The notes: a model not told the origin generated them from the sequence alone. Counted from the first letter of the stretch, positions 36,001 to 51,628 are shown. The stretch is DNA of 64,000 bases from Balanoglossus misakiensis (GCA_040954595.2 CM082596.2:6336791-6400790); one strand, 5' to 3'. Translations and numbers: made by a program.

Positions 36001-38654
36001 TTTATCCTCAGGCGTAAATCTAAATCGGTAATACAACATTGGGCTCGCCCAAGGAGTTGCTGGGCAAAATATAGTCGTTCGTGCTTCGGGGTCTCTGAAT
36101 AGTACATGTATAGAGGATACGATCTTTTCATGTCTGAGCTTATGTGGCGTGGGGTATGAGTTCCCGGGACACCCGTAGTAACTCGTTGTATACACCTGTC
36201 AGACAATTCAACCTAAACTTTCTCGTTGGGACACTGAATACAACTTGGATTTCGTCGAAGCCATACTAAAAAGAGTCTTTAGAACTCAGGATAGTTTAAC
36301 CATACCATGTACGTTGTACATCGTATATAGTCAGCACTGTTGATAGAATCAAGCGAAAACCGGCGCTGATATCACAATCACAGCAGTTTGAGGTGTTTTC
36401 TGAAACGGCATACTTCAAAGGCGACGCATGAGATCTTTCGTGTCAAAGGTCGCGCCAGTATAGCGTTGACTTCAAAAGCGCAGATTACGGAGTCATGTTT
36501 TAGAAATAAACCAGGTGTAGTGTTTCGGAGATCTCTCGAATCACGTCACCCTTGCCGATGAAATATTTGTGAGCTGTCATCAGTTCTAAACGTTGGAGAA
36601 AGTGTCATGTCACTCTGTGTCTTGTCAAGCTTCGGTGGTGATAATAATAATCAAATGGGACTGCATTATTGTCATTGAACGAAGACTAAAATTCGAGCAC
36701 GAAAAAACGACGACAGTCAGACACAAACGACTGTCTTCTAAATTCAAATTTGTCCAGGGCCCTGTAGCTCAGACTCAGAGGGCAAATCGAACAGAAAGCT
36801 GGTCATAGGATTTCTTCTAAAAATAGACATCTTTTAAGGCGAAACGCATTCAACATCAGCTAATTTGTATTGCATGACTACACCATGACATGTCGCTTAT
36901 GCGCCTAACTGAATATACTGGGGCTGTCCATCCGTCCAACATCGACCTCTTTGCGCGAGAAAAAAAATCTGAAATCGCTCTTTTGGAAAAACCGGCCTTC
37001 AAATGAACATTTTTTTCTGTGTCAAGTACACCGAATATATAATTTACTGTTTGTTTGGAAATCGTAGTATAAACGCAACGTCCAATCACGGTGTGAATTA
37101 TGAAGAAGGAAATGATATTTGACCTGTAATTTGCCTTCTCTTCTGTATCAGCTGAGAAAAAATGGGGGTATTTCTGAGCGATTTACTAGCTGCGTTTATA
37201 GCGGAAAATGAAGACGAATTTCACCTGGGAAGCGCATTTCGTACATGATTCCCGTTGTCATGGAAACGGCAATCTTCGGATCAGTATGCGGTAAATCTAC
37301 TTTGGGAGTGCGTGTTTTTTCTTACTCTCTCTCGGGGTTAGGGGTCGTTCGCCTTATTGCGTTAACGTTCGACATTCTCCTGCTTTGATTCCACGCGGGA
37401 ATAGCTGGCAGGGAACTCAAAATTTTGATCATACAGCGGGGGGGGGGGGGTGCGCGAATCAAGTACTCAAAACTTAGTTATCCTCCTGATTTTTATATAT
37501 TGTTTACAAATGAATGCTAAAAAAACAAATATAGAGAGATAACAGGGTGGTCCCATGCTATACCTTTTCAGTTATGGGGTCTCAAATACTGGGAAATTAC
37601 TGAGTCAGCCTCTCTCCTTACCCTCGTGATTGGTCGCCTGGCAACCCAGTAGCCAAGGAGACCATATCTTGAGTGCGAGGCAAGCGGTGCTCTTTCACAA
37701 ATTTAAACCAGCCAGATAAAAAAAAAACACGATACTCTCTACAAATTCACGCGATTTTTGTCCTCGAATTGACCTGGTAGGGCTACCAGAACAACCAGGC
37801 ACCGATTTCTAGCGATTTATGAAGACCTTGGGCCAACTTTGCAATTATATAAATCACATAACAATTGTTTCTGTAAAATGACATCCCCGTGAAAAAAATT
37901 ACTTCCCGCGTCAGGAAAATGGCAGTATATTTTGCTGCCTGTCATAAACAAAATAACACCATCCAGAAACTTATGACATGCGAAAAGCGCCCTGTTTATC
38001 CGATGGTTGACACGGAAACTATTAAGCTGGGAAATTTACTGCCTTTTCCGTCGAAAATTTACGATTTTTACTGATAAGTGCCGTTTTCACCTTAACCCTA
38101 CCAACAGGGTGGTCAGACCCCGTCAAACCGTGACCGACAGCATTAGCTCGGCGGACCTGTGGAGCACGGTCCCCCGCAGATGGGAAGTGTGACCATCGCT
38201 ATTTATCTTCGCAGAGGTGTGGGTTAGGCCAACTGACCAGCCAGCTGGTCCACATCTGTTGTGGCCGTTGTTTTGCAGCAAAAAATGATGGGCAGTTAGT
38301 GTACTGAACATGTATTCATGCAAGCTCTGGATTTGGGGAACGACTCTGACAAAAACAACGCCCTACACAAACTTCTGTTTTCCAGCAAAAACGACAGAAC
38401 TCTTTGGCGGCCATTTTGGATGGCCAATATTGGTCAGTTTCTGGTCATTTCGCTCTGCAATGTTAACGTTTTGGTCTCTGCCCCCAAGATTTTTTATATT
38501 TAAAAGATGAGTTAGTTGTTAATTGGTATAGCACATTAATAGGTGTTTCTAAATACGTTTTCTCTCTCTCACATCGTGTGATAGATTGTCTAAGGTGTGG
38601 GTTCGGCCAACTGGCTGGCCAGTGGTCTGTGGCTTTCTGTGTCGAGATGACCCT

Positions 38655-38765
38655 GCGTTAGTGGCCACCTCTATACAGTGGCCACTTAGTTACAGTCCCT
38701 ATGCTATTTAAATGACTTGTGTATTAACTAACCTGTCTACAAAGGCCACCAGTCTATAAAGGAGA
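38655..38765. mobile_element. Fragment of a Tc1/mariner-pogo-type MITE
   Basis: Subterminal repeats GTGGCCACCTCTATA / ACCTGTCTACAAAGGCCACC.GTCTATAAAGG, recognised by pattern only. Confidence 0.4.
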
Positions 38766-41700
38766 TTTTTCCCCGGACATAATGTCCACCAGGAGCTAAC
38801 GGTCAATACTGCCATGACATTTGGCAATTAAACTGTGATGATTACTTGAATGATGTTATGTACAACCAGTATAAGAGAAACTAAGTTTGAGGACTGAATA
38901 TGTGTACTCTAAGCCTGAAACAACTTAACGAACGTCAAATGACCCTTTCCGTTTCAAAATGACAGATCGCTCGCCGAAGGAAGACGCCGCGAGGAAATGA
39001 AACTATCCGCAAAAGCTGAGGGCCGATTACACCGTCGGCGGTAATTGCAGACTGCGGTCGACTCTAGCGACGACGAATTTCCGCGCATTTATTTCGCTTG
39101 GCGGGCAAATATGAACCATTATTAAACAAGATGTCGGCTGCAGCAGATTTTCTCCTCATCACGCTGAAACGCCACTGTGGCCCGCGTGATTGTAAATCAG
39201 TCGAAATTGAGATCGTTTCCTGTACTGGTTCCAGCAGATGTCAATAAAGGGGTCGGCGTAGCGACGTGTCGACTCCGACAGAGGCTAATTTATGGCAAGA
39301 CAGGAGGGAAACGGTGGAGTCGGGCGATGTGAGTTTGAGAATGTACCTAAACCTCAAGCGGCATAGACACTCTGACATGAATTGTGAGTATTTATCTGAA
39401 AACGTGCCTGGAAATAGGGGAGCCATGTCAGCGCGGATAAATCAGCCCACAAGATCTCGACGCTGGGCTTGTAGTCGATTTGACGCGGCTATCACCAGTC
39501 CCTAATGACACTTTCTCCGTCAGCCGATTCGTGCAAGAATTTTGCGAGTTTTTTCCCCTCAAACTAGACTTGTGTGTGGAACCCGTATATTTAAATGTGT
39601 ATGTTTAAGTAATATTACTGTATTTAAAAAGCAACGTACACAAAACAACATAATTGTGGTTTTGTGTCAGTCGCGATTTATTAAGGTCTTCTTATCAATA
39701 TTATATTTTCAGGAATTTTCTGGCATCTTACCTGCTGAAGTGGGTACCGCCTTTGTTCCATCTCCGTCACACGGGAGCAGACTCATTCCAGGCTGTGTCA
39801 CACGGGAGCCAATAAACCGGAGACATGATGATGAAGAACATGCACGCTCTTTTTTTTGAGTTGTCAAGTTTTCAGTTGCACGGAGACGTCCAGGGGCCAG
39901 AAACTCTACCAATGGTGAAACCGTAAAAAAACCCCACTCCCTGGACAGTTACGAGGATTATAGTTCATGTCAATAAATATGATTTTTTACAGACAGCACG
40001 TATATTTCCATCACTGGGTGAGGTCCAACCTTCTCCGGTCCCCTGATCACGTAGTAACACTGCGGTCAAGGCAAGCTGGTTTCATCTGTAATACAATACA
40101 AAATGACACAATATTAAACGTCGTAAACTGCATAAAACGCCATGCTGTAAAATTACTGTAGTAAATCAACCGAAGTGTTGAATTCAACTACGTTTTTGAC
40201 ATTCTGCCCAGAACAGGAGTGGGCCCTTTCCTGGAGAGTCTGGAAGATTCAAGCGATAGAATTATTTTTTTAAATCTGATTTCTGGCAATTATTTTTTGC
40301 ACTGCTCATATGAGAATGTTTCCTTCATCTTAGTGTACTATCCTTTTTTCAAGCCTTCTCCCGCATAAGTTTTTTAATTGACATTTGCTATGAATCGTTT
40401 TATTCCACAATCTTCCATACCCCCCAAATATATCAAATGGTCCACCCCTAATTGGTTCATTCCGTGTCCTAGCGTGTAACTAACCTTAACCAGAGTACAA
40501 TGTATTGTCAAAACGACACATTCTGTACGCAAACATTGATTATCCCCCCCCCCCCCCCCGCCCAATACAGGACCTCATTTGCCCATGACCTTCCACGAGA
40601 CCTTTCCGACTGTCATTAGTGAAATCAAATAAACGACAGAGAGCTATTATCCTGATAGACGCTATCGCCACGTTAATCACGGCTTTAAATCTTGTTGCGC
40701 TATCGGCTTCAGCATAACTGCTCCCCGACCGCTGGAGCTAATTGGCTGTCGGTTGATCAAGTACATGTATCTTGTAGAAGTTGGCTGACAAAGTTTTGCG
40801 TTTACTGCATGTTTTATTGAACTGATACTCTTTTCCTGGAAACGGAACAGGACAACTTTAATCTGTTCAGATCAAGTTTCAGATGATAACACAAACGTTT
40901 GAATATTGTAAAGCATGGGGGAAATTGATTTTTTTTCTCTCGTAAATCCATCCTGGGTGTGAATATTTAACTTAGAGGCTTAGCGCCGTTTCGCGAGGTG
41001 CTAATTGTGTATCAGAAGAACTCGGGCCACGTGACGATCGTCGCTCACTGGTCGTGATGTTCGGATTTATTTTCATCGGCGCATTTTCGGCGATTCAGAT
41101 TTTACTTGGATGTAATCTCCATCCCTTCTCCCGCAATGCAAACATCTTCCCACGCATGCAAACAGCGATATTCACACGAACTACGTGTACATGCATATCC
41201 ATGAGTGCATTGACCCCTCTCCCAAGATCATCACCGCCATCGCGCTGCAAACGTGTTACATTTACACGCCACCTAGAGGTAATAAAAAAAACTCGGCAAT
41301 AAAGTGTCTGGTTGACCATATCAAAATAACCAATCAGCCTCTTCCTTTATGTCATTTTATGAATGTAAGGTCAGGCGGGGTCAAGAAGCGAATAAATAAA
41401 ACCGCGTTTTATCGCGCTATAAATAAACCCGGTTTATGTAAGTCACTTTGATGTAATCTAACTGCTCACTCCCATGCTTGTGGCGGCCATATTTATTTTT
41501 GCAAAAAACTAACTACGTGCCTGCTGGGCCATTTTGGAGATCAGCTTCCCTCGAGTTAATATGCGCATACAGGGAGTTAATCAGATCGGGGAAAATGCCT
41601 TTGCTCATACTATGATGCGCTCTCGTGGCCGAGAATATATTTCTCGGGCTCTCAATACGACATAATCTGACTACTTAAGACCAGGCTGGGTCGTTCGTGG

Positions 41701-44700
41701 GGTCGGGCTAGTCAAACCTCAAAAATATAGTGATGTACATGTATCATTGATTAATAGGTGTGATGACAAGATTTCACAAATTCCATAAATTTATTTCGGC
41801 TGTAAAAAGTTGACGATAATAGCTTCTATATTGTGTATATTTTAGGTCGACATCTATTGCAAGCCACTTTTAGTTTTGTAGGAGGGGGGGGGGGACATTT
41901 TATCGAAAGGACGTGACTTGAAGAAGACAACGGGGAGAAGGGGACCCCTTTCTAAGCCGTGAATCTGATCTGCCCGGTGTGAACGACCGACCACACCGCG
42001 AGGATCACCTCACAGAAGACCCCGTCCTCTCCTCCCACCCCCGTCGCCTGCATTCCTGGGACAGTATCGGTTGCCCCGATTAAGACCGCAATATCTCCCC
42101 GAAGTGGCGTTTCACACATCCCGCCGGCGGTCCGAGAAGTTTAACGTGTGTGAAATCCAAAATCGCGGATCAAATCGTCTTTGGATTCAGAGCTTTCTAA
42201 AAGCGCCAACAATACACCACTTACGCGCATTGTTTTCTTTTCGCAGCTCGAGAAGTGGTTCTGGTTACGCGTGAATAAAGTATATGGAGTGTGAAATCGC
42301 CGGTATTTAGACAAGAACTGTAGGCCCTTTAGACTGCGGCGTTTAAAACGTCCACTGCAGCTTTCCAGGTGTTGTCCGGGGCCGCGAAAAAAAAATTAGC
42401 CAAGACCACCCTGCTTAGTGCATATTGATACTTACTGAAGCTTTCATAAAGTGAGAACTCCTTTCACTTGATGAATAAGCCGCCGCTGCCCGTTTCCAGC
42501 GAGTTCGGTACTGCCACGGGACACTGAAATAAAATAAGAAAGGGGTTGTTGAATCTATTCGTCTGTTAAGAGTACCGTTTATAAAATGCTTACAACATTT
42601 TTTTTCCGTCAACATCAAGTGAAGCTATAAGATGGATAAGACCAAGTCAATATGCTGTCATTCTCATAACATGACTTTGACAAAATGACTAGGAAAAAAT
42701 CTTCCACCATATTTTTATAGCTTGCTGATGCCGATTTTTCGAAGGCGTTAAGACTACATTTCTTCACCAAACCGACGGTGATAAGGGAATTCAGAAATGG
42801 GGAATCGCATTAGCTCATCCGACAGATTCCTAGAAATTCAAGATGGCGGCCAATTTCAATGAGAAATGGGTGGATTTTGATATCCTTGAATCTTGTTGAG
42901 CACTTTGTTTCTGTTTTGTTTGGAGACACCACCTTGAATGTTGATAAGCATGGAAAATTAAAGGGAAATTCTCCAGAAAACTGCTGCTGGGCGGGGTTCT
43001 ACAACATAATTGTTCAGCTGAAGCCTAAATCAGACAGAGAGAATGCGTTTTTCCCTTCCACCTAGCGGTGATTGTCATCTCAGAACGCAATCTTTCCACG
43101 TAAGATACTCCGATCCTTGAACGTCATAACAAGTCAGCGACGAACCTAAGAGACCCGGATGTCCTCATTACCACGCCATTTATTTCGAGTGATATCTTGA
43201 TGGAGATTACAGCGACGGTTGAATGCAAATGAATGAACACACCCGTCCAATGATTCACCAATTCAACCGGTGTCAATAACTTACGCGTGACCTCTGCCCT
43301 TCTGTTAGTTTTACTTGCACACATAGAAAGGCATAATGTATTGAATGTTGTTCCCGATGGAGTTTAACATTTCCAAATGTTCCGGGGACCTTTTTCCTCC
43401 CCCCTGATCTTTCAACCATTTAGTCTAAATATTTACACGGCGCATCGTGTAGAACGGCTCTAAATGGCAGATATAGAGCGTAAACTCACTCGTAAGACTT
43501 TGTTTTGGTTTAATAGTGTCCCCCAAAATGCTGAGCCTCCCGTCAAGGTCGGGTATATCGCGGCCATGACCGCGGATTAAATCCCGGGGGTCTTCGCAGT
43601 GGCATTGAACATCTTGAGTTCATGTACATCTGTATGCACTGAACTAATTTCGTGCTGAGTAATCACTGAAATGGACGTGTAGTGTACATTGCTGAGTCGC
43701 TCTCACTCGCTGCTGCTTTGACGCAGTGAGCATGAATTGCAAATATGGAACTGAACAAACCCGACAAGCAGCTCATATCACGTGACTAGGCCTATGTATT
43801 CACGGACTTTGCGATATGTGTCGTCAGAAACTGAGCGTTCGAAATTTCTCCGTAACCTGTCATGGTACCGGAGCAATTATTGGCCGAAACTGACGTTCTA
43901 AATAGAAGAAGGCGCGAGTTACATTACAAGAATTACATTCTTTTTCGAAAGTCACTTTTTGATGTAGAATGGGACATCCTCATTAAGGGAACCACAGCAA
44001 AAATCAACACCTTCTCGAACTCAAAGGAATAGCGACATCGAAAAAAGCAACAGTTTGCTGATCAGACCTTCATGTCCGTCTTTGGAATCTGTTTTCTTGT
44101 TTATCTCAAAAACACGTGTATTTAGACGAAGCGGGGGTTCGGGAATTGCTAAAAAGCATTCCTCTCATCTTTTCGCTCGGGGATATTATCGCAAACGGAG
44201 CGGAGTTATTCGGTGAAGTGAGCAGGTTACGTCACTAACGAGGGATTCTCTCCAGCGATAGTTCGTTAATTGTTGTGGCCTTCGTTTATGAAATAAGCCT
44301 ACTTGACTGCAATCTGCTTTCAATGGTAAACTGTGTAACGATACCGCGAAAATTAACAATAACTGGTAGTACTTTGGACAGCAATATGCCGCAACGCGAC
44401 ATAGATACCATCAATAGTACTAAAGAGTAATGCATTTTCTGAAAGCCTATATTATGAAGGCATTCGAACTATATTGATTTGAGCAATCACTTATATTCTT
44501 CTGCTAACTGGAAAATACAACTTCGAGAATATGTGTGATTGGTACTGTAACGTTGTTGTTTGTTAATACACATTTTGGTCCGTCCTATAAATCAATGCAT
44601 CAATGATCGTCTACAGAACCTAATAGTATATACATCGACTGCTTCAACACTTTCAACAAACAAAAAATGTTTTCTGTAACAGGCATGACCAAAATACGAG

Positions 44701-47236
44701 AAAGGAAAACGACAAATGCGACAGCTACTGGACATGTTCTGCGCACGCTCTAAAACTCCCAAATTGTGGTCGTTCAACAGAGTATGGCAGTCGCCATTTT
44801 CTTCTACAAAGACAAACGATTAGGAACGATACCCAGCAAATGGTATCGATTTTTGAAAGTTCCTGAAGGCAAATAACTGCACAAGTGGCGGTCTTACGCC
44901 TCAGTTCACCGCTCAAAAAGGGGATAAAATTCCGTGTCGGTCGGTGGGCAGAAATAAGAGGATTCTTAAGGGTATTGGTAATCTGCTTCATCAGCCCCGT
45001 GTTTATGCCGCAAGAACTTTGTGTTACAGTTCATACTTTTGTAGGGTCAGCACACACAAAAAAACAAGTCTTTGTGGAGAAACGATTTCAAAGGAGGGCC
45101 GTCTGACAACCAATTTCGCAGAGCTAGGAAGTTTATGTGAGATGACGTTCTCATGTGACACAGGAAAAACAACACGTGGCCAATAGTGTTAAACGGCACA
45201 AAGGTGACAATATTTGTTAAATTAAACTCTACGTAGCTTCTGTGTTACTGACAGGCCAGCAACCTGCTGCTGCTCTAATCATCCAAATGTTGCGAGATTT
45301 CGCAATGAGCGGAAAATCGTCTAATCAGAAATAAGATGACAGCAACCAGTAGGCGACGACGGCAGGTGCAGAGATAAAATGACACAGATCCAAGATATGG
45401 CATATGAGGAAAAAAACACCGACAGAATTGATTACCAGAAACAAGCCGATGATTGGGGACACCCCTCCCCGGTTTCCAGAGAGAGATAAGTTTTGTGGGG
45501 ATCGAATCGCGTAGAGGGAGGTACGCTTTGAGTAAGATACGACCTGCTCCTAACTGAGAAAAACCAAGACCCAATCATCTCTAACGCCGAACCACTTATA
45601 AAAAAACCGTTGCGGTAAATCTTTGTCAGATATGCTTGGAAGGAACGCTTAGTGAATTCGTGCAATTTAATCTAAATGAGCGGAGAGAAGTGTCAAGTGA
45701 AAGTTCGCGCGTCTAAAAATCGTCTCCTTTCGGTATCAGACTGATATAGACACCTGCATCAGTCGTGTGATAGCGGTTCATGTACCTCGCGTTCTACCGA
45801 TTCGCAAAATCTTTTCAGATGCAGCTGGGCAGATACTGAATATCGACTGATGGTCTAAAATGCCTTTTGCCCCCAAAACGGTGAATGATCACGTCGCGGT
45901 CCGAAATTTAAGTTTACATTCATTCATTCACCTAAAAGTCAGGGCATTTGCGTAAAACGAAAGACGGCAGCTTGTTATTCCGTCCTCGGGACAGCGAAAA
46001 GCAATCTGCTCTTTTCTCCGACGCAAACTGTTATGTATGAAGGCGTTGCACCGCGGGGCCTTGTCGGCAGGGCAGATTAGCGATAGTCGTTATCGCAGAG
46101 GAAAGATGATCGGAGAAAATGAATCGTTTCCTGCGCACGCTTCAGCGGGCTGCCCGGAGCTTTTCGAAATCATGTCTTAAGTATTATTGGTGGTGTTATT
46201 TAGAAAACACCTGTGGATGTACTTAATGTAGTTGAGGAAAACTGTTGCAGTACCCGTATAATCAAAGTCGGAACAACAACCGGAAAATTGCCTCCTCAAT
46301 TTATTCCAAAGCAATACCAATTCCGCGTTTCACGGACTATCTTCAAGTCGCTGAACACAGCGGTGGCATTGTTCAAAGTTCAGCTGACCTCAAACGGGGG
46401 GAAGATAATCTATTATCGCCCCCTTGGACTCACTCTACGAGAAAATCGATGGAACACACTCGCAGGGGTTTTTCGGCGTTTACGCCCGACAACCTCCGGA
46501 AATCGATACGCGGCGAATTTGCGTTCGCGTTTGATGGGGACGGGTTTCGAGGGCAGAGACCGAAGCTGCCGACTGAGCTTCGACAGCTGCAGCTTGCGAT
46601 AACCGTTTGGAATTTCGGTCGACTCTAGATATCTGTTTGACTGCTGCTCGAGATCGCGGACCACGTGACAGCAATTTGTTCAAATTTCTCTAACACGTGT
46701 AATTTAACCCCCCGACAGCCGTCCCTTCACCCTGAGCCTTGTTCACTATTTGTGTTGATTATAACAACACTAATATACTAACTGATGCATTGTGGGTAAT
46801 TCAGAAATATTTCTTGACAAAAAAGAGGTAAATTTTCCATGAACTCTGACTTCATGACGTCATGCGACGACGAAATCACCACGATTGTTAATTCACGGAG
46901 AAGCGCGCAGTAATGATGACAATCAATTTCTTTTCGGTGGCGTTTGACTTGTTGGGTTCCCGTTGCCATGGTATTCTGTTATTACCATGTTATTGACTGC
47001 GTTCGATCGTTGAATCAGTTTCTCGTTTTTCCCAAGTATGAATAGACCGGGAAGACATTCCCACATCATTAAGGAATAGAATAACCTCCGGCACTGGCGG
47101 CGACCAGCATCGGTTTGACGTGAGACGTCAACGGTGTGTGTAGATCGGCGTTTCAGCTGAGACATGATCATGTAATGTATATAGGGGTCGTTGAATTAAC
47201 GAAAATTCTGAGTCCGTTTTCGTGACTATACGTATG

Positions 47237-47368
47237 CAGTGACACCTGTCATTACGAACACCACTCTATTCTCTATTAAGGACAAAATTTTCGAGACAAA
47301 AGTAACGTTTTTTTTAATAGAATATTACCTGTCTGACTATTAAGGACACCTCTCTATTAAGGACAGAT
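47237..47368. mobile_element. Fragment of a Tc1/mariner-pogo-type MITE
   Basis: CAGTGACACCTGTC start with three CTATTAAGGACA repeats. Confidence 0.45.
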
Positions 47369-47611
47369 TTCACATGTATATATCCAATGAAACTCGGTCT
47401 TTGCCAAGCGATCTACAGGGCCGTATGTGACGTCTCAGAAACTCGCATGCGCATTCAACACCTTATTATAGTGTGTGTTTTAATCACTTTTACCGACGGT
47501 AATGGGTACCCGGTGACCATTATGATTAGTTGCCCACGTACGCGCTCCACTCGGCACAGAACGCGCAAGATTTTCTGCGTTCCACTGTTGCCGGTGCACG
47601 ATGGGATCCGA

Positions 47612-47652
47612 AATGAATGAATGAATGAATGAATGAATGAATGAATAAATGA
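47612..47652. repeat. (GAAT)n microsatellite
   Basis: Tetranucleotide run. Confidence 0.9.
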
Positions 47653-48394
47653 AAACAGGCCAAGCAGGCTGACGCTAAAGAGCGACTAGGCTGAATCCCT
47701 GACATTTATGCACGATGACAGTTTCCTACTGGCGGCAGATTACTGTAATTTCCCAGGGAAGTATTAAGGTCAACCCGGTGCATCTTTCCAGCTGCCCCGT
47801 CTTACATCCATTATCTCAGTGGCATTGCGCGGCCGGGACACGTAACACTGATTCCCCACACTGGCAATTTTTTTTCACTTTCGTCTGTTTTACTGCAGAA
47901 TTCCCTCCGAGCTTCCCAGGAGCTTTCCCATAAATCCCAAACTATATCTGGAGTTAATTTCCAGTGGGGGAATTGGACGCGGACAGACCTTTTCCTGAAA
48001 TAACTGATTTTTGCAAAAGATAAGAAGAAGAAGCACAATGTATCGTCGCGTTTCTCAGGAGAACCCGGTCATGGCGGAATACCCGAAGACAAGCTCGGCA
48101 ACTCGTCTCCTTGCCAAGCACGTGAATACCGACTGATGTGACGAACCGAGGGTCGTGGAAGATGTGTTCTCAGGCGTTTCCTTGTAAAAAAAATTCCATT
48201 ATGAATGACATAGAGTTAATGCACGCCGAGTGCGTTCGCTGTGGGTGTCCACCCACGCACACACTGAAGATTTTCCAAGACGCTGCACTGCGACATAGCT
48301 CTTCAATAGACAAAGGAGTGGGAATGCTATATATTCCTTGGCACACGTGATTTGACGAATGTGTTGATGTCTTATAAATGAGACTGTGCTTTGG

Positions 48395-48546
48395 AGTGGA
48401 GAGAGGAGGAGAAGGGGGAAGGGGGATGGGGGAAAGGAAGGAAGGAGGTGGGGTGACGAAGCGAGAGGGATAGAGGATGGAAGGGTGTTGGGAGGGAGGG
48501 AAGGAGGGAGGGAGGGCAGAGAGGGGAGGCGCGGAGGGGGGGGGGA
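48395..48546 (+). repeat. Polypurine GGA/GGG-rich low-complexity tract
   Basis: Many G3+ runs. Confidence 0.8.
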
Positions 48547-49748
48547 TAGAACTGAGCCAGATAGGCGGGCAGGCATCACTATACGGACAGTCAGATGGTC
48601 AATACCTATGGGATTTCGTGACAATAAAAGTAATCTTATAAAACATTAAGAACTAGGCAAGTACGACGATGTGTTTTTCCGTGCGATATACGAATAACAT
48701 GGACACTAGTTTCAGATATTTTAACCAGTAACACGATACGCCTATGCGTATGAATTACATACTACGGAAAGTGAAGTGAAAATAATCCAAGAATTACCGT
48801 AAATTTTACAAAAAATTGCCGCAAAATGAGTCGTTTCACCTTCTGATATTACAAACTAAACCATTTGCAAAGAAAGGTTGACGTCAGTAATGCATCACAC
48901 ACGCGTAGATTTTCAGTTCACAGCCAACGGATCAGATTTATCTATACCTTCTATCTTCATAAAGTAAGAGAAAAAAATAATCATTAATACATTGCCTGAT
49001 ATCTTATCCGCAAAAAGTTTTAATTTGTAACCGAATATACTGATTCCGATCATTTAAAATGTCGAACGGCGAAATTATATAATTTTGATCTTTATTTCGA
49101 CTAAAGCCATTAGGCACTTTCCGTGATTAAGAGAACTTCTGATATTTCAAGGTTCTACAGAAGAGTGACATTGTTAAACGGATACAACCTGCATCTTTTG
49201 GATTTATTTTCAGTATTTTTGTTCTGGGTATAAATGCAATATCACTGGCAGAGGTTTTACGAGCAATCCGCGCATTTGAGACAGGACTGTATTCAGTCCT
49301 CTTCGTCAGATAACCAGCGCTCAAAAAACAAACACGAAGACGTGCATGCGCGCGTATCCTGAAGGTTTTGAGGTCAAGTCCTGGCTGCATTCACTGCGGA
49401 ACTTCCACAAGGTTCACATTTTGCGATGCTTCTACTCTTAACCGCGGAGACATTCGAATGAAGAACGGTTTCACCCGTTCTTGCATCTCTCCACTGACGT
49501 CGTCGATTAGCGTCTTAGAAAGTGAAATTGCCACTCAAGTCATCCAGTCAGATAACCCGTTGCCTGGCAACGGGAGGATTCGAATCCCTCTCATCTCCAT
49601 TCTCCGTGTGTCACTAGGGCCCTTAATGGCGAACAAGATAAACCGGTTGTGATGCTCGGCACGGGTTTATGCCAAATAAAATATTTCAGTGCACTGAAGG
49701 GGTTTCATGAAGTGTGACAGTCTTGAGAGTGTTTTAATTAAGAGTAAA

Positions 49749-49768
49749 TGTATGCATGTATGTATGTA

Positions 49769-49819
<51 letters not shown>

Positions 49820-49843
49820 ATGTATGTATGTATGTATGTATGT

Positions 49844-49883
<40 letters not shown>

Positions 49884-49924
49884 ATGTATGTATGTATGTA
49901 TGTATGTATGTATGTATGTATGTA

Positions 49925-49959
<35 letters not shown>

Positions 49960-49991
49960 ATGTATGTATGTATGTATGTATGTATGTATGT

Positions 49992-50031
<40 letters not shown>

Positions 50032-50043
50032 ATGTATGTATGT

Positions 50044-50083
<40 letters not shown>

Positions 50084-50112
50084 ATGTATGTATGTATGTA
50101 TGTATGTATGTA

Positions 50113-50143
<31 letters not shown>

Positions 50144-50148
50144 ATGTA

Positions 50149-50183
<35 letters not shown>

Positions 50184-50219
50184 ATGTATGTATGTATGTA
50201 TGTATGTATGTATGTATGT

Positions 50220-50259
<40 letters not shown>

Positions 50260-50460
50260 ATGTATGTATGTATGTATGTATGTATGTATGTATGTATGTA
50301 TGTATGTATGTATGTATGTATGTATGTATGTATGTATGTATGTATGTATGTATGTATGTACATGTGTATGTATGTATGTATGTATGTATGTATCTATGTA
50401 TGTATGTATGTATGTATGTATGTATGTATGTATGTATGTATGTATGTATGTATGTATGTA
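49749..50460. repeat. Compound (TATG)n/(TG)n microsatellite, ~710 bp
   Basis: Alternating TATG and TG blocks. Confidence 0.99.
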
Positions 50461-51628
50461 CGGTTCGCTTGATCTAATGGCAACAGCTACCCGATGTGTA
50501 GTAAACAACACGACTTTCATTTTCTATTTTTTCATCGAATTTTCCGGTGTACGCGTGGCTCTAGTCGTACATGTATTTCAAATCAACGTCAATTTCTAAT
50601 GGACGTACACGGAAGACGGACGAACCCTCATCTGTTGACAAAAAACACTGTCTGTTGGTCCTTGGTGAAAACTTAAAGCCGCAATTACACCGTGTTGGGA
50701 GCCAAATTGACGGCTAGTTTACTTAAGCACGGGAGAGAGAAAGTCCATCAGGCATAAAGCTGAAATTTGATCTGAAAATCGATGCTTTCTCCCAGTTCTC
50801 CCGGGTCCAGGTGTGCGTCACGTTCACCACCACCTAGGGCGTCGCGGACCCCTTAACTCGGGGAAAATTCGCCCGCATTCTTTCACATCGCCGTTTGTCA
50901 GGCAACTGAAGCTTGTTGCAGTATTCCAGGTGAATTTAAAATGATCCAGCGCGCCTTGGAGACCCCCTGAACTTTTTAAGTCCATTTCACACTTGCTTGC
51001 TCAAATGGCGCGATATATCGGTTGCTGAAACAGCGGCTCTAATCAGGCAGCAAGACGTGCATGAGTAAATTGGTTTTCGCGGACTCAATCATCGCACCTG
51101 AATAGTTGGTTTAGGGCGAAACCACTGCACAGAGCGGGGTGTGAGAACCACCGCCGCGTCACCGAAAACAGGTGTCCGCTGTTCGGGCATTAGTTAGCTG
51201 CAGTGAACTACATCTTATACCCGGAGAAGAAGCATCTTCAGAAACATTCAAGTCTTTCCGTAAGAACGACCGAGAGTTGAGTTCACCCCACCAAGCGTGG
51301 GCTCACCCCTCTGGTGAATAGTTGTGGGACCACCCCTTAAGGAATGACAGAGTTGTGATGAACGCAGGAAACAATTTTGCGATTGCACGAGAGATAGGAA
51401 TTTTATCAGGTCGAAACGAATCGTTCATTTTGCCTATTTACTTGTGGTAATATCCTGGGAGAATCGTCTTGTAATAGTTTCTTAATTACAATCCTTTGAA
51501 CCAGGCTGATGGTATTTTTTCTGTCAATAAAATCTTATGTTATATCAAAAACGGCAACGAAGGAGAACATTTAAATAGTTAATAGTTGTGTGATAGTGGG
51601 CAGATGTGTTTGTAAGAGTTGGCGAGCC

